Source: Coniocarpon cinnabarinum (taxonomy: Eukaryota). Taken from it: DNA of 64,000 nucleotides. The stretch is from NCBI GenBank assembly GCA_051942205.1, contig JAVECO010000006.1:124001-188000 (forward strand), written 5' to 3'. Numbering within the stretch: the stretch's first letter is position 1; every line of letters begins with the position of its first letter. The notes under the pieces were generated by a model that was given only the letters and a program-made list of their open reading frames with translations, did not search any database and was not told where the DNA came from. Below are positions 62,020 through 64,000 of the stretch, piece after piece. The translations under genes and the position numbers were made by a program.

Positions 62020-63495
62020 ATGGCCAACGACGAAAAGCCCGCCGTGCTCATAGTCGGTGGCATGGGTGAGTCTGTGTCCATTGCAAGCGTAATGCTTCCT
62101 TCCCGCAGTGAACGCCACCATCAATCTGTCTACTGGCTCCTTCGGCTTGCCGTATCATTTTGAAAGAATGTATAGCCCTTGCAAGTTTTCCTGTACCGCG
62201 CATAGAATGATTGCCCGAGTATGCATACTTCGGTCTTCTAAGTAACGCGACTAACACGACATTTGGCATAGGCTATATCGGCCGCTGCTTAGCCTTGCAC
62301 ATCCTCAATGCGAATTTGGCATCTGAGCTGCGATTGGTGGACAAAGTCTTGCCGCAACTTGCCCGTCTGAGCCCAGAATGCGAAGCGGCCAACCTCAAAA
62401 AATATTTCTTACAAGCTGATGCTTGCAGACAGCGTATGTGCGAATCTAGCGCGCGCACTCTCAGCTGGCCGCAATCCACACATAGAAGACTGCTTGTGCC
62501 ATGCTAATCGTCTCTCTCAGAGTTCATGCCCAAAATCTTCGACAGAGCTAATGGAAAGCAGTTCGACTTTGTCTTCAACTGTGGTGGGGAAACTCGCTTC
62601 AGCCAAGACGACGACGTTTACCGCACACGTTCCTATGATTTGGCGGTAGCCATGGGCAAGGAAGCTGCCAAGCGCGATATCTCTTGCTATATCGAGGTCT
62701 CTACTGGTCAGGTGTACAAGCCTGCTGAGAGCCCCCGAAAAGAAACAGACAAGATCAAGCCGTGGACCAAGCTAGCCAAGTGGAAATTATCCGCCACCGA
62801 GGAGATGGCCAAGATTGATGGTCTCAACATGGTCATTCTACGGGTGGCCAATGTTTACGGTCCGTACTGCCACGGGTTTATGGGCACGGGACTTTGCTTG
62901 GCTCGAGTATATCAAGAAATGGGGCAGGAGATGAAATGGCTATGGGACAAGAATCTCATGACCAACACTGTGCATATTGATGACACCGCCCGCGCTCTTT
63001 GGGCCGCCGCGGTGTGGTATAGTGACACCGGCCAAGCGGAAAAAGGAAACGCGGGCCCTCCCATCTTCAACATCGTGGATCATAACAGGACAAGTATGTT
63101 GCCAGCCAACCGCGATTCGGGTTGTGAAACGACCGCTGACCATCTTTGCAGGCCAAGGCACAATGGCTGACTTGTTTGGCTCCGTGTTCAACATCAAGAC
63201 TGGGTTTCAGGGCAAGCTTGTGTCAGAGTTTGCCAAGCTCAACATTGACAGCGTGGTGGAGGACGTCAACGATGAGACGCTTGACGAATGGGCGGAACTG
63301 CAGAAACGCAGTGAGGTGCAAGAAGGGTACATCACGCCCTTCATGGAGGCGGAACTGTTGAAGGACACCGATCTGAGCTTGGACGGCAGCCGGTTTGAGA
63401 AGACGACGGGTTTCAAGTACACTAAGGAGCGGATGGGGAAGGCGGAGATCAAAGAGGTCATTGACAGCTACAAGCGCATGAACTGGTGGCCGTGA
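62020..63495 (+). CDS. NAD-dependent epimerase/dehydratase-family (atypical/extended SDR) protein, 4 exons
   Basis: KPAVLIVGGM|GYIGR Rossmann GxxGxxG across intron 1, RLVDK, FDFVFNCGGETR, YIEVSTG.VY, ILRVANVYGP, NTVHIDD.ARA, FNIVD, LSLDGSRFE; ends MNWWP*. Confidence 0.85.
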
Positions 63496-63885
63496 CCATG
63501 ACGGGTCGCTGCGACACGCCTGTTACATGGACCGGGACAAGCGATCACGGACAGAGAGAAGCTTGCGCAGATGGAACACTGGTGGTCAGCCGACATCACT
63601 GCGGCTGCACATGGCGGGGGAATAGATAATGATAATCGGTAGCAGTAGGAGGAGCCGGGCTAGGCGACAAAAGGTCCAAGGGGGGTCCTGATGCGGAGCA
63701 TGTGGCATGCGGTGGAGGAAGGAGAGGATTGCGAGACAGGGAGCGGCCGGATCCAAAGGATCACGGAGCTGGCGAGGGAGGTTTGAAGACACCAAGATTT
63801 TAGTATGCGGTCTGGCGAGGCCGGAGGAGGGCGGACGGCGCGTTGGAAGGGGACGCGCGCCCCGAGTATTGGATTGGGTGCTGCT

Positions 63886-63911
63886 TGCGTGGTGCGTGGT
63901 GCGTGGTGCGT
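63886..63911. repeat. TGCGTGG heptamer tandem repeat (~3.7 copies)
   Basis: tgcgtgg tgcgtgg tgcgtgg tgcgt read directly. Confidence 0.75.
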
Positions 63912-64000
63912 AGGGCTTCAGGAGGCGGTCAGACGAGCCCGTGGCCCAGCACGAGAGCAGCCAAAGGAGCGAGCCGTGTTGGGTGGGCGAGCGTTAGACA

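Overview
Gene-dense eukaryotic DNA from a filamentous ascomycete (Pezizomycotina-type GT-AG introns with CTRAY branch sites; many ORF-track entries are exon fragments or antisense shadows). About 24 protein-coding loci were modelled by hand-splicing. Housekeeping genes: CDC26 (partial), an ANCHR/ZFYVE19-like B-box protein, UBA3, complex I 49-kDa subunit, an Rsc4-like tandem bromodomain protein, SSB1, EPT1/CPT1, CDC1, TOS1-like, CMK1/cmkA, PEX13, YDJ1, SKG3/CAF120-like, an EPR-1/BP1-like BAH-PHD reader, ATP3, TOP1 and an extended SDR. Accessory genes: an Ecm33-like L-domain protein with a transmembrane helix, a GH30_7 xylanase, several orphans and a NACHT-WD40 NLR. Best leads: (1) the NLR has a first exon, missed by the ORF track, encoding a HET-s-like amyloid-signalling motif, with no effector gene visible nearby; (2) CMK1 intron 2 is open in the kinase frame and could give an alternative amphipathic/acidic N-terminus; (3) a pair of Arg/Ser-rich orphans, one frameshifted by an 8-bp tandem duplication; (4) an intact GH30 gene whose signal peptide has no in-frame ATG; (5) an intron-split CCCH zinc-finger orphan; plus 6-nt and 10-nt microexons and a GC-AG intron. 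No tRNA, rRNA, CRISPR array or intact transposon was recognised. All family assignments come from motif recognition; no searches were run.
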